Origin: Lama glama
Lineage: Eukaryota
Direction of reading: 5' to 3'
DNA: 64,000 nucleotides
Assembly (NCBI GenBank): GCA_028534125.1
Contig: CM052816.1
Span: 9,426,001-9,490,000, forward strand
Below, piece after piece: positions 11,454 through 25,088 of the stretch. Position 1 is the stretch's first letter. Each line of letters begins with the position of its first letter. The position numbers and the translations under genes are program-made. Below the pieces are notes generated by a model. The model ran no database searches, had not been told where the DNA came from, and worked only from the letters and a program-made list of their open reading frames with translations.

Positions 11454-12721
11454 AAATGATGAGTGTGGAAAAAAATAGTAAAGAGGATTTGTATCATTTT
11501 CTAGTCTTTTTTTATCTTATGTTTATTTTTCCCATGTGAACTCATATTTATTATAATTATTATTATATAGTTGATTGGCTCATCATTTAAACTCCAGGAG
11601 AACTGTGGCATATCAACCTAGCAAGGAGCTTCAGAGAGTGTTGAGCCCATGATGAGCAGAGGTCCCAGAGCCCAGAAGACAGTGGTGCTCTTGAGTTTTC
11701 TGGATTTCACTCCTGAAGCACTGGTCTTTGGAGGGGCCACAGTGGCTTCATAACCACCAAATTGAATGTTTTCTTCAACTTGAGTTCTTGCAAACCTCCC
11801 TGACACTGTTCATCCCCTCATCTCTTCCCCCAACTTCACATTCTAAAGAACAACATCTGAAACCCAACATAAGTGACCAGCTACCCTAGACTACTTCCTG
11901 ACTTTCCCATCTCCTGTTGAACCACCATCAACTCCCAAGTCACCCTGGCTTGGAACTGAAGTTGCCTCTTTATTTCTCCTCTTCCTTTATCAGTAGCAGC
12001 GATGGCTTAATCAATAGGCAGGTCTTATCTGGTTTTCCTCAATACCTCTTGAACCTAATTTGTTTGTTTTTTATTCCCATTGCCACCACCTTATCAGGTG
12101 AGACCCATATTCAGGAATTTCCAGAGATAGAAACAGATCTGTAGACTGTGATCATTGAAAAAATTCAAAGCAAATACACATAGGAATTCCTTGATATTAT
12201 CACTGACTAGTAAGTTTTTTCTTTGAACAATCTGGGCCTTATGATGGTTGTAGCATTATCGGACCTAGATCAAATCTCTCGGCCTTTCTTGGCCTTTCTA
12301 AATCTCAGTTTCTTCATGTGTGAAATGGGATGGAAGATTTCAACTAGAATCTAGTTGTTAGATCATTTCTAAGGCTTTTTCCAGCTCTGAAATTCTCTAT
12401 CATTGATGTTCTTTTAACAAGAAACATTTCCCCCATTGCCTTATGATTAGCTTCCAGTATCTAACCATCTTAAAAAAAAATTCAGTTTGTCTTCAGGGAA
12501 AGGAACTAGGCAAAGGGGAGAGAATGAAAATGGTCGATTGACTTAGGTTTGTGGTTGAGGGTCAACAGCACACATTAAGTCTTTGGGTTGAAAAGATCTT
12601 AGAAGTCACCCAATTTCACCTCTCATCCAGTGCCAGAATCTCCCATATCATTGCCTTTTTGAAAATTGAAAAAAAATGTATCAAGTCTTATTAAGATAAC
12701 TTCACACACAAAGTTGTAATT

Positions 12722-12943
12722 CACGGTTTCTCAAACCTCTGTACTATGATGTTTTGGGCTAGATAATTTTTTGTTGGGAGGGACTATCCTGTGCATAATA
12801 GGATGTTTAGCAGCATCTCTGGCACCCATTCGGTGCCAGTAGCAACTACCTACTGTGACAATCGAAAATATCTCCAGACATTACCAGTGTCTCCTTTGGG
12901 AATGAAGTGCCCCAGCCTCACCAAACCCTGTTGAGAACCACTC
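12722..12943 (-). mobile_element. MER20 hAT-Charlie MITE, near full length
   Basis: Ends 'cacggtttctcaa' and 'ttgagaaccact'; internal 'ggatgtttagcagcatc', 'tgccagtagca', 'tctccagacatt'. Confidence 0.88.
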
Positions 12944-13164
12944 TTGTAATACAAGCACAAGTTTTGGGGCCTTGTACAGAAAGACCTTACAACAAAGTGT
13001 TTTAATAGACAGATGAACTGCTGTGTTGCCAAGTGCTTTTCCACCCTCTTCCAACTTAGCCACCCTCACACATTTACCTTTATGCCTCCTGGTTTCTTAC
13101 TGCCTTGTTGCTATGTCTGGAAATGCTCAAGATGTTGCTGAAGGCTGAGAAGTGTTTTAGAGAC

Positions 13165-13410
13165 AATGTAATAATAATCCTAATAGCTCACATTAATCTA
13201 GCCTTGTTATGTGCCAGGTACAGTTCTAAATGCTTTACATAGATGATCTCATTTAATCTTCATTAAGAGTCCTATGAGAGAGATACTTTTATTTTGAGGT
13301 AACTCAAACTTAGGTGGAATAACAAGCCCGAGTTCTCTCAGCTGTGAAATGGTAGAGCTGGGGCTGGGTTGTGGACTCCAGGGTCTGTGTTCTGAACGCC
13401 CACAGTCAAC
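13165..13410 (-). mobile_element. MIR SINE
   Basis: 'tatgtgccaggtacagttctaaatgctttacatagatgatctcatttaatcttca'. Confidence 0.8.
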
Positions 13411-14044
13411 TGGCTTCAGTGAATGGGATCTTTATGTCACAGTGGGAAATGATCTTAAACATCATCTAGTTCAATTGCAGAATCAAGTCTGCTTCTAGGA
13501 AGGCTAGAGACTACGAGGTTGGTAGTTGTGTTCAGCTGAAATAATGTGATTTCTTCCCTTTTTTGTCTTCCCATTCTTTGTATTCCAGTTATTCAGAAAT
13601 AGCTCCAAGGCATACACAGAGTGAAAGGGGTAGTGACAGGGTTGGATAAATTGGTGGGAGAGGAGCTCAGGGAAAAAGAAGGATGGCAGAAAGGAGCAAA
13701 ACAATTAAGTCCTCACCACATCTAAACTTTAGATATCACTTCTGTCACCAAAATTACTTCGGCATATTTTATCAACACCCTACTTCCATATTCTTTTTGG
13801 CCTGCCCTTTCATTCTTCCATTCTGCGTGCTGTTTTTATACCTTGAGGCAGTAGAAAGTTGTACGTAGTTGGATAGGGGACAATATAGTGTGATGTAAAT
13901 AGCCACCAAACAGGCTTATTGGTAGAGCTAACTTAAATATAGCCAGAGTAAGAATGACTACTGTACCAGTTACTGTTAAGCTCAAAGATCCAAGGCAAGC
14001 CCTAAGAAAGTTGACTATTCCCTCTAAGACCCTATATCAACACC

Positions 14045-14175
14045 CAGATTGCTGGTCCCTGTTCCCAGAATTTCGGTTTCAGTGCTTCTGGGTTGAGGTC
14101 TGAGAATTAGCATTTCTAACAGGCTCCCGGGTGGTGCTGATGCTGCTGGTCCAGGGACCACAATAGTGAACCACA
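14045..14175 (-). mobile_element. MER5A-like hAT MITE
   Basis: 'gcatttctaacaggctcccgggtggtgctgatgctgctggtccagggaccac'. Confidence 0.8.
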
Positions 14176-14869
14176 TGATTAAAACCTAATAACCAAATAA
14201 AGCTCACAATCCACCCCCTTGAGATTTTTTAAAATAAAGAGATATCTTATTTTTAAGATAACTCAACATTTGGATTTAGGAGAATCAATGGATAGAGCAA
14301 GATTGAAAGAACGATAATTGCTAGGAACTAATTGACATCTGTCACTAAGCATCTAAGCTTTGCCTCTCATTTTGAATTTCAGAAAAACCTTTGCTTTTTG
14401 TCAGTTATAGTGTTTCTAGGTTGGAATAATTCTGATCTTAGATCTTTTCTTGTTCCCTACTTCCACCCTCCCCTACTGCTACCTCAATTTGAATAATAAA
14501 ATTCCTCATTATTCACAGGATAATCCAAATAAAAGATAATTTAATATCTTGTCTACTGCCAGATAAATTCTGACTAGTCCATCCAGCTTTTGTTTCCTGT
14601 GGCTTTCTACTTTTTTTCCCTTTCAAATCAACATTAGCACAATGAAGAAACCCAACAGAAACTCAAGTCAGAACATTGATGTAACTGATTAAATTTTTAA
14701 AAATCTCAACCAGAAAAGTTTCTTTTAAAACCAAATTTCAAATTCTGTAAACTCCTTCTTTCTTCTTGATTACCAGCACCTATTTCATTTTGCATGGCCA
14801 CCCATCCTTCACCTAGGCAAGGTGACTCTCAGTACTTGCTCAGAATGATGTAGTGATTCTGAAACTCAT

Positions 14870-15490
14870 GTTCAATTCAAGTAATGTTTATTGAATATGT
14901 ACTACGTATTGTGGAGTTATATACACCTAGTCTTTTTTGATTTTTATATCAAACCCCTGAAAGAAGAGTTGTTGTTCTTGTTTACAGATGAGGAAGCCAA
15001 AGTCTGCAAATTTAAAGAACAACCTTGTGTTTTCAGAAGGCTAATTGTATTAGTAAATGTATATTTTTGTGTATACATAATAAAAGTCAGCACTTTCTTG
15101 CTTAAGCAAAAAGTGGAATTTATTGGAAGGATAATGGGGCTCTCGTCAGTTCAAGGAACTAGACCCCAGGAAGGTTGGAAACCAGGTCATCTTCAGATAA
15201 TTCAGCTCTGGGAGTTCACAGTCTTTTCCCCATTGCTGTATCATTAATGTGACATATTCTTATTAGTGTGTATCTCCATTCAAATTCTTGAGAGACAGAA
15301 TCAGATTGGCCCAAGGTCATAGCAGAGGTATAAATGCCAAGGTCTCACTCTTATATTGTGGTGGGTATTCCCAGCACAAGTGATCTAGTGATGCTTTAAT
15401 GAGTATCTCCTGCTGTCACATAACTAGTATAGCAGAGACAGGATTTGAGCACAGGGTTGACTCGAAATCTGGTGCATTTCTCCTACCAAA
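14870..15490. mobile_element. MIR split by an MLT1-type LTR (~15045-15410)
   Basis: MIR half ending 'tttacagatgaggaagccaaagtc', then LTR-like sequence ('cagaatcagattggcccaaggtcat'), then MIR resumes at 'gcagagacaggatttgagcacagg'. Confidence 0.5.
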
Positions 15491-18275
15491 GGAATAGTTG
15501 AGAGAGAAACACATTAACTTGACATGTAATGATGGTCACTTGCCTTTATTTTCAGGGTACTCCCATGTTGGGCATCCCCTGCATAGGGTCCTGCTGCTTC
15601 TGTTTGTGCATGCCTCCTGGTTTCTGATACTTCTGTGGCTGCATTCTGGCTCCTCTCTGTCCATCTGATTTCTATGCCATGTGGTCTGGCTTCTCTTTCT
15701 GCTCATGCATGTCATGTCTCTGGCTCACCTGGCACAGCTCTGACTCACAGATTATAAGAGCTCTGAAGGCATCTATCATCTTGTCCCATCTTCTACCTGC
15801 ACAGTAAATAATCATTACAGAAGTATGCCAAGCACTTACCATGGGCATTGCTGAGAGGTCTATGTTTCATCCTACTCTTCTGACAACACTGTTGTTGCAT
15901 TTTAAAATTTCCCAATATTTTATTGTTAAAAGTGTTTAAGAGAAAAGTTCAAAGAATTATATAGTGAACTTCCATATACTTACCACTTAGATTCTACAAT
16001 GAACATTTTACTAATTTTCCTTATCATATTTCTGTCTGTCCACTCTTCTATCCATTCATCAATCCATTTGGGGGATGATTTCAAAGTAAACAGCTGTTTC
16101 TAATTCTCATTTTTATAATTGGGAAATTGAAACCAAGACAGGTGGCATGACTTGCCCAAGATCACTCATGAGGAGGTGGTGGATTGAACACTGGCAATCT
16201 GACCACTCTTTTTTAACCACCAAACAGCATTGTATCTATTAGCAGGGGAGAGGGAAAGACTCTCTCAAGGTCACCTAGTGACAGGACAATGACCAGCACC
16301 CAGGTCAGCTGATTCTCAGGCTCCCGAAATTTCCATTACATTGAGCATGATAGTTAGTCTACTTTCCAAGTAGAAGCAGCATTTCTTCTGCTCCACAAAT
16401 ATTTGCAGGTTTGGTGCTTTACAACCTACCCCAGATGTCTGGAAAGTATGATTTTTGACATAGATGATTTTACAAAACTAATTTACTCTTTCTTCCTTCT
16501 TAGAATTTTAGAAGTAGTTTGTAGAAATGACAGCCTGGGAAATTACCATTTTAGATAACTTCTTACAATGTTCAGAGAACTTTCACATATGTTATCTTAT
16601 TTGAACTTCATGAGTGATAGCAGATCTGCAAGACAGGTGGGCTGGATATCTTAACCACATTGAACAGCTGGAGACCTGGGGCTTATGGAAGCAAAATGAG
16701 GAACTCAAGAGTCATGTGGTGCTAAGAGCAAAGTTGGGATATGATAAAAAAAAAATTATCATCTTTCAAGTGTCAGTAGACATTCTGTAGGTTTCAAAGA
16801 GCTATGTAAATAACTAATAAAATTAAGCTTGAAAAATTGAGATAAGGGACTACTGAGATCTGGATCCTTAATGGGATAACTTAGTGGTTGAAAGGTCTGG
16901 GCTGTAGTGTGGCCTTGGACAATACCTCCTTTCTATGCTTAGTTTCTTCATCTGTGAAATGGGGATAATTGCAGTTCTCCTTTATAACATGATATGAAGA
17001 TGAAATTAGGTAATGCGTGTGAAGGTTTAGTACTTGTATGTGTTCAGCAAATACCAGTTATAGAAATGTGTCCTGACCACTCCCCTGCTTCCTCCCCAGG
17101 AGTCTTCTCTTCTGTGTTAAATGGGCCCCTCTAAAATCTATGGATATGATTTTATCTTTTCCCCAAGGGGTTTGTTTAGGAGCTGTTGGAAGGAAATTGT
17201 AGGCAGCAATCTTTGGGGAGGTAACATCTTACTAGTCTAGTAAAGATGCAGATTCTGCTCAAGAATTTCCATCTAAGCCCTAAATAGCTCATGTCCTTTG
17301 AGATTGCCCTGGCATGCTTAATTGTATATGATAATCAGCACATGATATCTGAAGTAGAGAGTTCTGTATATACTGTTTTCTACTCAAGGGGTTTCAAAAG
17401 AAATAGAAAATAATGAAGGCAGAAGAGGTAAATACGCTGGCAGAGACCTTTCTTTTGGCATGCACAGCAAATAATGTAATCCTTGTCTCTTGGCTGATGA
17501 AGCATTTAAACAGATAGGGGAAAACTATAAAAGAGGATTTCAGAAGGGCATGCTCACCTGGTGGATTGCGATCCAGCCTTGATATGTTTCCCAAACTGCT
17601 GTCTATGAATCATCTGTGCCAGAATCACTAGGACATTTGTTAAAATGCAGACTCCTGGACCTACTGATTCAAAAATGCTTTGAATGAGGCACTTGAATCT
17701 GCAGTTTTGCAAGTGATTTTTAGGTCTTCTAATGTTTGAGAACCACTGATATCAGCAGCAAAATTCTGCAAGATCCTAAACACTATAATTTGGTGACTTA
17801 ATTTAGATGAAATGCAAATTTTAGTTTGACCTGCTCCCAATTCCAGGTCTCTGAAGTCAGTGGTGATAAAACCTTTTGGGCATTATCAGGCTCAACTTTC
17901 GAGGGCTTGTTCTATAGAGAAGAGAAATAATTTCTGTAAACACATCCCAAAGTAGGGAAGATCAGCCACCAGATGCATACCTGCCTTTGTGGAGAAGCAG
18001 AGTGGGAAACATCCAGACTCCAATGACTGGGGCACTGCGAAGCTGGAGACCACCTAGTTACAATAGCTGGCTAACATTACATTGTGAATTTTCTGGGCAC
18101 CTGCTTTATAAGTATTTATTTTCATTTGGTTTTTGCAATAACCTTGTGACATTGGTACTGTGCTCATCCGGGTCACACAGAAGAGGCCACTGAGGCTAAG
18201 AAAAGTAAGTAATTTGTCCAAGGGCATACGGGCAATTGATAGAATGAGGACAGATTGCAAGGCTAATCCTTGAAT

Positions 18276-18605
18276 CAGGGGCTGGCAAACTATTTGACTG
18301 ACTGCCTATTTCTGTATGGCCTGCAAGTGAAGAATGATTTTTACATTTTGTAATCGTTGAAAAAAATCAAAAGAAGAATACTATATTGTGACAAGTGAAA
18401 AACATATGAAATTCAAATTCCATAAATAATTTTATTGGAAAACAGTCGTCTTCATTCATTTGTGTATTGTCTATGGCTGTTTTCACACTATAGCAGCAGA
18501 GTTGAGTAGTTGTGATAATGATGTTATACTTGAGAAGCCTAAGATATTTGTTAAATGGCCCTTTATAGGAAAAAAAAACAAAAAAAAAACCTCTGCTAAT
18601 CTCTG
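18276..18605 (+). mobile_element. MER58B-like hAT-Charlie MITE
   Basis: Ends 'caggggctggcaaact' and 'gctaatctctg'; internal 'tattgtctatggctgttttcacactatagcagcagagttgagtagttgtga'. Confidence 0.85.
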
Positions 18606-19584
18606 CTTTAAATCACTGTCAGCATTTCCTGAACTTCTGTCATCTGGGTACTACCTTTGTGATTCTTGCCACCCTCCTGTGCCACCTGGAGCATTATCTG
18701 CAAAGCACTTTTCTTTAGATCTATTGGTTTTCCTTAAATAAATTTATTTTACAAAGAAACAGTGTAAGTGGAAACGAGTACCAATTGCAAGAAATAGAAG
18801 ATAACTGTAAAAATAAATGCAATTTATCACACAAAACCATGTATGAGATTTCAGCTAAATAGTTGGAGCAGATAATACCACTGCTCCTCCCATTTTCCTG
18901 CAGATCCTCTCACTGTTTCTGTATAAACCACAGACTTCCAGTGATGAATCTGTATAATTTTTGGAGGGCTGCCCTCAGTCTGCTGAAATTGACTTTTCTT
19001 ACAAGCATGATGGACTGGAGGTGCCTGGGAATCCATGTCCCCCTGTAGACAACCCAAATGATGGGTGTGAGAGTGTCAGAACCCCAGTTCCCTTCCTACT
19101 TGTCCAGGGTAATTCTGAGGCATGTGTTTTACACTATTGCCCAGAGCTTCCCTGTGGGATTAAGCTTCGATGGCTTAATAACACATTCCTCATTCCCTTT
19201 CCTATATCATTACTCCCCTGCCAGGGTGCCTGCACCTGCCAGATCAACTATGTGCATCTATTTAATCTTCACCTCAAGATCTGCTTCTTGGCGGGACCCC
19301 AGAAAGACAATAGTGTTTCTCACAAAAGACTGTGAGCCTTGGACCTGTTTATTATAAACGAGAGATTACCAGATATCAGGAAGGACTCGAAGATAAACTA
19401 ACACTTACGTGAGTCCTTTTCTTCGATGTAAATAACAGTGATTAAAATAGAAAATGAAAAGAGAACACATTTTTTACCATACGATCCGATGGTACTTAAT
19501 GCTCTATCCACCTACTTCCTAATATCATGTGCTTTCTCCAGGAGGCATGAGAACCACACTTGGGAAATCTATGTTTAACCTTAA

Positions 19585-19750
19585 GGAGTGGTCCCCAGAG
19601 CAGCAGCATAGCAGTACCTGGGACCTTGTTAGAAATGCAAAACGTCCACTCTAAACCTACTGAATCAGAAACTTGGAGGTGGGGCCCAGCCATTGTGTTT
19701 TAACAAGCCTCCAGGTGATTCTCGTGCATGCTTAAACTTGAGAACCTCTG
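19585..19750 (+). mobile_element. MER5A hAT MITE
   Basis: 'gtggtccccagagcagcagcat...ttgttagaaatgcaaa...cctactgaatcagaaact...ttttaacaagcctccaggtgattct...ttgagaacctctg'. Confidence 0.88.
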
Positions 19751-22700
19751 CTCTACAATAAACAGCCTCTATTTATTTCTGTTCTCATTGCATTCCTGGA
19801 TTTCATCAGAATTCAGAATCATCCAAGACTTGCTCCTTCCCCTCAAACGTGACTGACTTATGGTTTTCTGGCTCCTGTTCGAGCCTCCCACTGAGGTGGG
19901 TGGACCTTGTTGCTTGACAAGGCACAACGGTCAGTAATTGGACAGCTCTGATGTTGGATGGTCTGTCTCACAGTGAGGCTCAGTTCTCTTGAGACTCCCA
20001 CTACCTCCACTTTGTCGACGCAAAGACAAGGCTAATTCCTTTCCTAATGGTCAAGTATAAACTTTCATATCATGTCATGCCATTCACTCAGCAGTGCCCT
20101 GTGCACTGTGCCTTTCCTCACAGAACATATGGTCGTATCGAGAGTGAGACATTTGTCAGGTGATCAGAAAAGTAAATATATAAATAAATGCCTTCTGAAT
20201 CATCCTCTTTTCTTCATGAATAGTCCAGATCCATATTTAATTGGATCTGGTTTCTTGTAACTGCACTCTCCTCACCACGTTGTTTGGCGGCGGCGGCGGG
20301 GGATCGCTTCCTTAAAAAACATCTGATTTCTAGAAATACTCTAGATATACTCCACTCAGTTCTACATGGAATAGAAATTCATGTTCCCCCTTTACTTATA
20401 ATCCATTTCCCCCCAAAGGCAGAGTGGGTGTGCCTCTATTGAAAACATCAGTTTTTTAATAAAGGAGCTAAAGTTCCCAGCTCAGAAATGTTTATTTACC
20501 TAGGAAAAATATTTTCTTAGTTATTTTGAAAAAAGTTAAGAGCCATCTTGCATGCTAATTGTATATATCAGTATGGTGGTCCTTTAAGTGTAACTGAATT
20601 GGCATCTGTATGGATTTTCATTTATGGAAAGGAAACAGCTAGAGGCTTTTTATTTAGGACTAAAGTTTTCTAGGTGACAGCACAAATGGCATATTGACCT
20701 CCAGCCTAGAAAAAGACAGTTTCAATGAAGTTCCAGCCCCTGAAATACAGATTCTTTTTTTTATGGTTTATACACATTTTCATTTGTGTACTACCTTCAT
20801 TTAGGTGTCTGGATAAACAAATAATGTGATTTTTTTCAGGAGTAATTTATAGAAAGAAATTCTTTTACAGAGTATAATCAACTGATTGAGGTTTAAAAAG
20901 ATTGCTGAGACAGGATCCTACAAATTCCAAATATCTTCCAGAAAGCAAAGTCCTAGTAAACAGCCAAGGAGAGCAATTTTTTTTCTTCCATTTAGTGAGA
21001 ATTTGCACAGTTGCAAGTTTTCAGATGATCTAAGAGTTTTTTTTCCCCCCTCAGTAAAGGTTACTGGGAAATCATAATGACCACAGGATGTAGAAGACTA
21101 TTTTGGGGAATGCTTGTGTGTTTGATCCAGGTGAGATTGGGTGTTGTAGTACATCTGCCTGGTAATGGGTTAGGGCAGTGAGGTGATGAGACTAACAAGC
21201 ATGTGACAGCTAACTCTCTGCAAATATCTGGCCTTAGTAAATCACACATTCCATTGTTCTTTTAATTCCACCTGCTTAGAAATGTTTGTGATCATGCTTG
21301 ATAGATGGAGCCTGTTTGCGACAGTATATATGGATGGAGCTTGCATCCTTTTTTAAAATTGGAAAACCATTCAAAACACTTGGTCTTTGAGAAACAGAAC
21401 TAACATGAACTGTCACAGTCCTATACTTTTAGCATTGGAAGAAACCCTATCAGTCATCAAAATCACATCTCTCATTTAGACATCCTTAAATAGTTACCCA
21501 CATGCTGCCTACATACCTCCAATGACAAGCAACTCACCTCTTCAAAAGTTCTTTTAACTTCTGAGAAGTTCTAATTACTTGAAATTTCTCCTTTTGCTCA
21601 CCCTGCCCAAGATCCTGTAGCCCAGTGGATTCTTTAGATGGAACAGTTGAGACCCAGATTGGTAAACAGACTTTCTTAAGAATGGGAACAGTGAGTTGGT
21701 AGCCAGACTGAGGGACTGTTGGCCCAGTGTTCCTTCCATTATGCCAAGCTCCCACCCTCAATTTGGCAATAAGGATAAATAATGTTTTACTTATTCTTGA
21801 CACTTGTCCAAAGCAAAGATATTGGAGTATGCCCTTTGATGTAGAAATTTAACCCATGTAGGCGTGCTTGATAAAGAAACGTGGTCAATCCATGCACAGT
21901 TATGCATGAATATCCACCCATGCAGCCAAAACCGAAGAAAAAAACCCAAAGTGCAGCAATGCGAGCTGAGGTTATGACAAAGCTCCAGGTTGGCAAATGT
22001 TGGCAATGTACCAAACTACATTGATATTTCACTCCAATAGGTGGGGATTATTTACAGCTGAGCCCTATGCTCATACTCTTCATAATAGAGATGCAACTAC
22101 ACACCTTCTGTTAACCATTAACTACTGTTCACAGCAATCTCTCAGAGTATTCTAAGTTAAAGAACAAGGGTAAAGATGGGGTGTACTTACCTTCAGGGTT
22201 TGCCCTTTAGTTATTTAAAATTTGTAAGCCAGAAAACTGAGGGTTGGAACCAGCATTGGGCGACATAAAGAATTTGATCTCTTCCTCCTCCTTCTCCTTG
22301 TGTTTTAATGAAAGATCAGTCTCAGTGTATCCAACAAAGGAAAGAAGCTCCAAGGAATCTGATGGAGTATGTTGCTATAGCTTTACTTTTGTGACAGATA
22401 AAGTGTTTTGAATAATTAGTGGCTTGAACTTGTCCTAGCCCTGAGAGAAAACAGAGACCTTCATTTGTACCTCACATGGTAGAAGGGTTTGTTTGACTCC
22501 TTCTTTCACCCCTTCCCAGGACTTGCTGTGCTTTTTTTCTGGTTATGACGACTTAGGACTGAAGGAGACAAGGATACAGCAAGACTGTTATTAAAACACA
22601 CATATACACACGCGTGCACATGTACCACATGCACACAAGGTTTAACTGAACTTTAAGTTAGCAGAACGTTTAGAAGTGACATAGCTTTTGTCTGAGCATA

Positions 22701-23204
22701 GGAGATGTTCTCAGTTGATTGTGTTTTTAATTAACTAGGTAGTGTTTTGTTAAGGAGTTAGAAATATAAGTATGCAAGATAAAGGCGTGATTCCTTGCAC
22801 ACCCTTGTCACTCTGAGCCATGCTTCCAGCAAGTGGTGTCCCTATAATCATGGCTCTGATTAGATATCCCTGGTGAGCATAGCAGGCAATAGTGGACTAT
22901 ATTCAGTGTATCAATTCAGGATAGGTACTAGTCACCAGCTTCTCTTTTGTTACTATTCCTTTCTCTCTGACTAAAAAGCATGTTCTCACTGGCTTGTTGA
23001 ATGGCAGTCATTTTAAATTTGTTCATTGACTTTCCATGACAAAAATATAACAATGTACATTGCTGTGAATATATAGTTTTTCCCTTGTTATAACATTGTC
23101 AAATGCAGTGTCAATGAGATGAACCTTTAGCTAGCTTTTAATTGATTTTTATAGTTCCAGCTTTCCTTTCTTCTAATCTGTGTACAGACGCAATATTGAT
23201 TTTC

Positions 23205-23730
23205 TTGTATATAAACCAGAATTCTTTGGATTTCAGATAATGGCTGGATCCCAACTCAAACTGGCTTACAGAGGAATAAAAAGAATTTGTTGGCTCATGT
23301 ATTTGGGAAGTTCAAGATAAAAGCATCTTAAGATACTGCTAGATCTTAAGCCCTACGTTTTTTCATCAGGACACGGCATTCTTTATGTTGCAGCTCTGTT
23401 TTCCTTTGAGTGTTAGCTTCATTCTCAGACAAGTTCTCCCCACAAAGTGGCATTGATGGTCATCAGCAACTTTGAATTGAAAGTCTATAAGCTTAGCAAC
23501 ACCAGGGGAAGGACTTTTTGTAGCAAAAATCTCAGGACTGGCATTAGTCGTCTAGCTGGAAAGTTAATGAATCCTTGTGGCCAGAGAATGGTCCATTCTG
23601 ATTGCCCAGTCCTGATCATGTGCTCATCACTGGGCTTGAGGCCGGGGAGGGGTTCCACAAAGGGAAAGCAAGGCACTGATCTCAGAAAAAGAGGAAATAA
23701 ATGGTCAGCATAAAATTAAAGCAAATGTTC
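23205..23730. mobile_element. Old MaLR LTR (MLT1K/L/N-like)
   Basis: 'ccaactcaaactggctta', 'ttggctcatgta', 'gcttcattctcagaca', 'ctgattgcccagtcctgatcatgtgctcat'. Confidence 0.65.
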
Positions 23731-24134
23731 ACTTTCATGAGGAGATTGCCTTGTTAACAGTGGATGTAAGTGTGATAAGATGACAAGAACTATGCAAAAT
23801 AAATCTTGAGTTTTGAAATTCACAGCCCTGGCTTCCCAGTGTGGTCAAGTGCTGGCTGTGTGACTTTGGCAAGTCAGTTAACCTCTCTGACCCTTAGTCT
23901 TTTCATCTAACAATGGAGATAAAGACTCAGAAATTGGAGGAGGAGGAAAAGGACAGTATTTGGCACTTGTTAACTCTTAGTAAAGAGTAACTAAATAAGA
24001 TGAATTTTTATTTTTATACTTTTAAAAATTATAATATTATATTCTGGTGTGGTCCATATATTACCTCCCAGAGGGAAAATTACAAACTTTCAAACCTCAG
24101 TTTCCTCATTTGCAAAACTAACTAATTACTTAGT

Positions 24135-25088
24135 TGAATCAGCAAATATCTATGATGAGAGTACAATATGTCAGGTATTTTTCTAGGCACTGAGGGCATA
24201 ATAGTGATCAAGATATAACTATGCCCTCTTGAAACATATTTTAATGGGGAAGACAGATCAAATAAAGAAGCAATGGAATATATATAATGTGTATATTAGG
24301 AAGAAAAAAATAGAATGGATACAGAGGATAGAAACTTTCAGAAAATGAGGTCTGATATTTTACTTAGGTAGTCAATGAAGTGACTTTTGAGCTGTGTCAT
24401 TAAGGAAGTGAGGTAGAGTTCCAGGGAGAGGAAACATGTGAAAAGGGCCTGAGGTGAGCGCCTGCTTTGATGGTCAAGGAAAGCAGCAAAACCAGTGAGC
24501 AAGAAGGCAGCGCAGGGGTGGGGCATGGCTACAGTTGAGATTGGAGAGGAGCTGTGGCCGGATCATGTAGGGTCTGGTTGCCTATGATAAGTTTGGATTT
24601 TATTCTAAGTATAGAAAGTCACTAGAATTTTATACAGGCAAGAAATGATCTGATTTACATTAAAAAAATATTCTGGCTACTGTGGGGAAAAGAGATGATC
24701 GTGGAGCCTGCAGGAGACGAGTTAGGAGAGTTCAGTGGTATTCCAGTGAAAGGAGATGGTGGCTTGGACCAGGTGCTGGATTTGGAGGTAATGAAAAAAA
24801 GTCAGGATTGAGAGAGAGTGAGTTTGCTGATCGTTTGGTTGGAAGATGTGAGAAAAAGATAGTGTTTGGTTTGAGTAACTGGGTAAATGGAGAAGCCATT
24901 TACTGAGATAGAGAACAGTAAGGGAGGAGCAGATTTCTGTGTTGGAGTGGAAAGTGAAGAATTCAGTTTGAAATGCTTTTTAATCATCCAAGTTGCGATG
25001 TGATGTGAATCTGGGAAAGCTCTAGGCTAAAGCTATGACTTTGGGAATCTTCAGTGAAGAGGCTGTATTTTAAGCCATGGAAGTGGAT
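24135..25088 (-). mobile_element. L2 LINE 3' fragment (~950 bp)
   Basis: 'tctaggcactgagg', 'aatgatctgatttacatt', 'gatggtggcttggaccagg', 'gagtaactgggtaaatggagaagccatttactgagat'. Confidence 0.85.

Noticed and set aside
22185..22193. Perfect antisense donor AAG|GTAAGT (similar sites near 15835 and 30768)
   Set aside because: Such short matches are expected by chance in 64 kb; no supporting acceptor, promoter or ORF identified.
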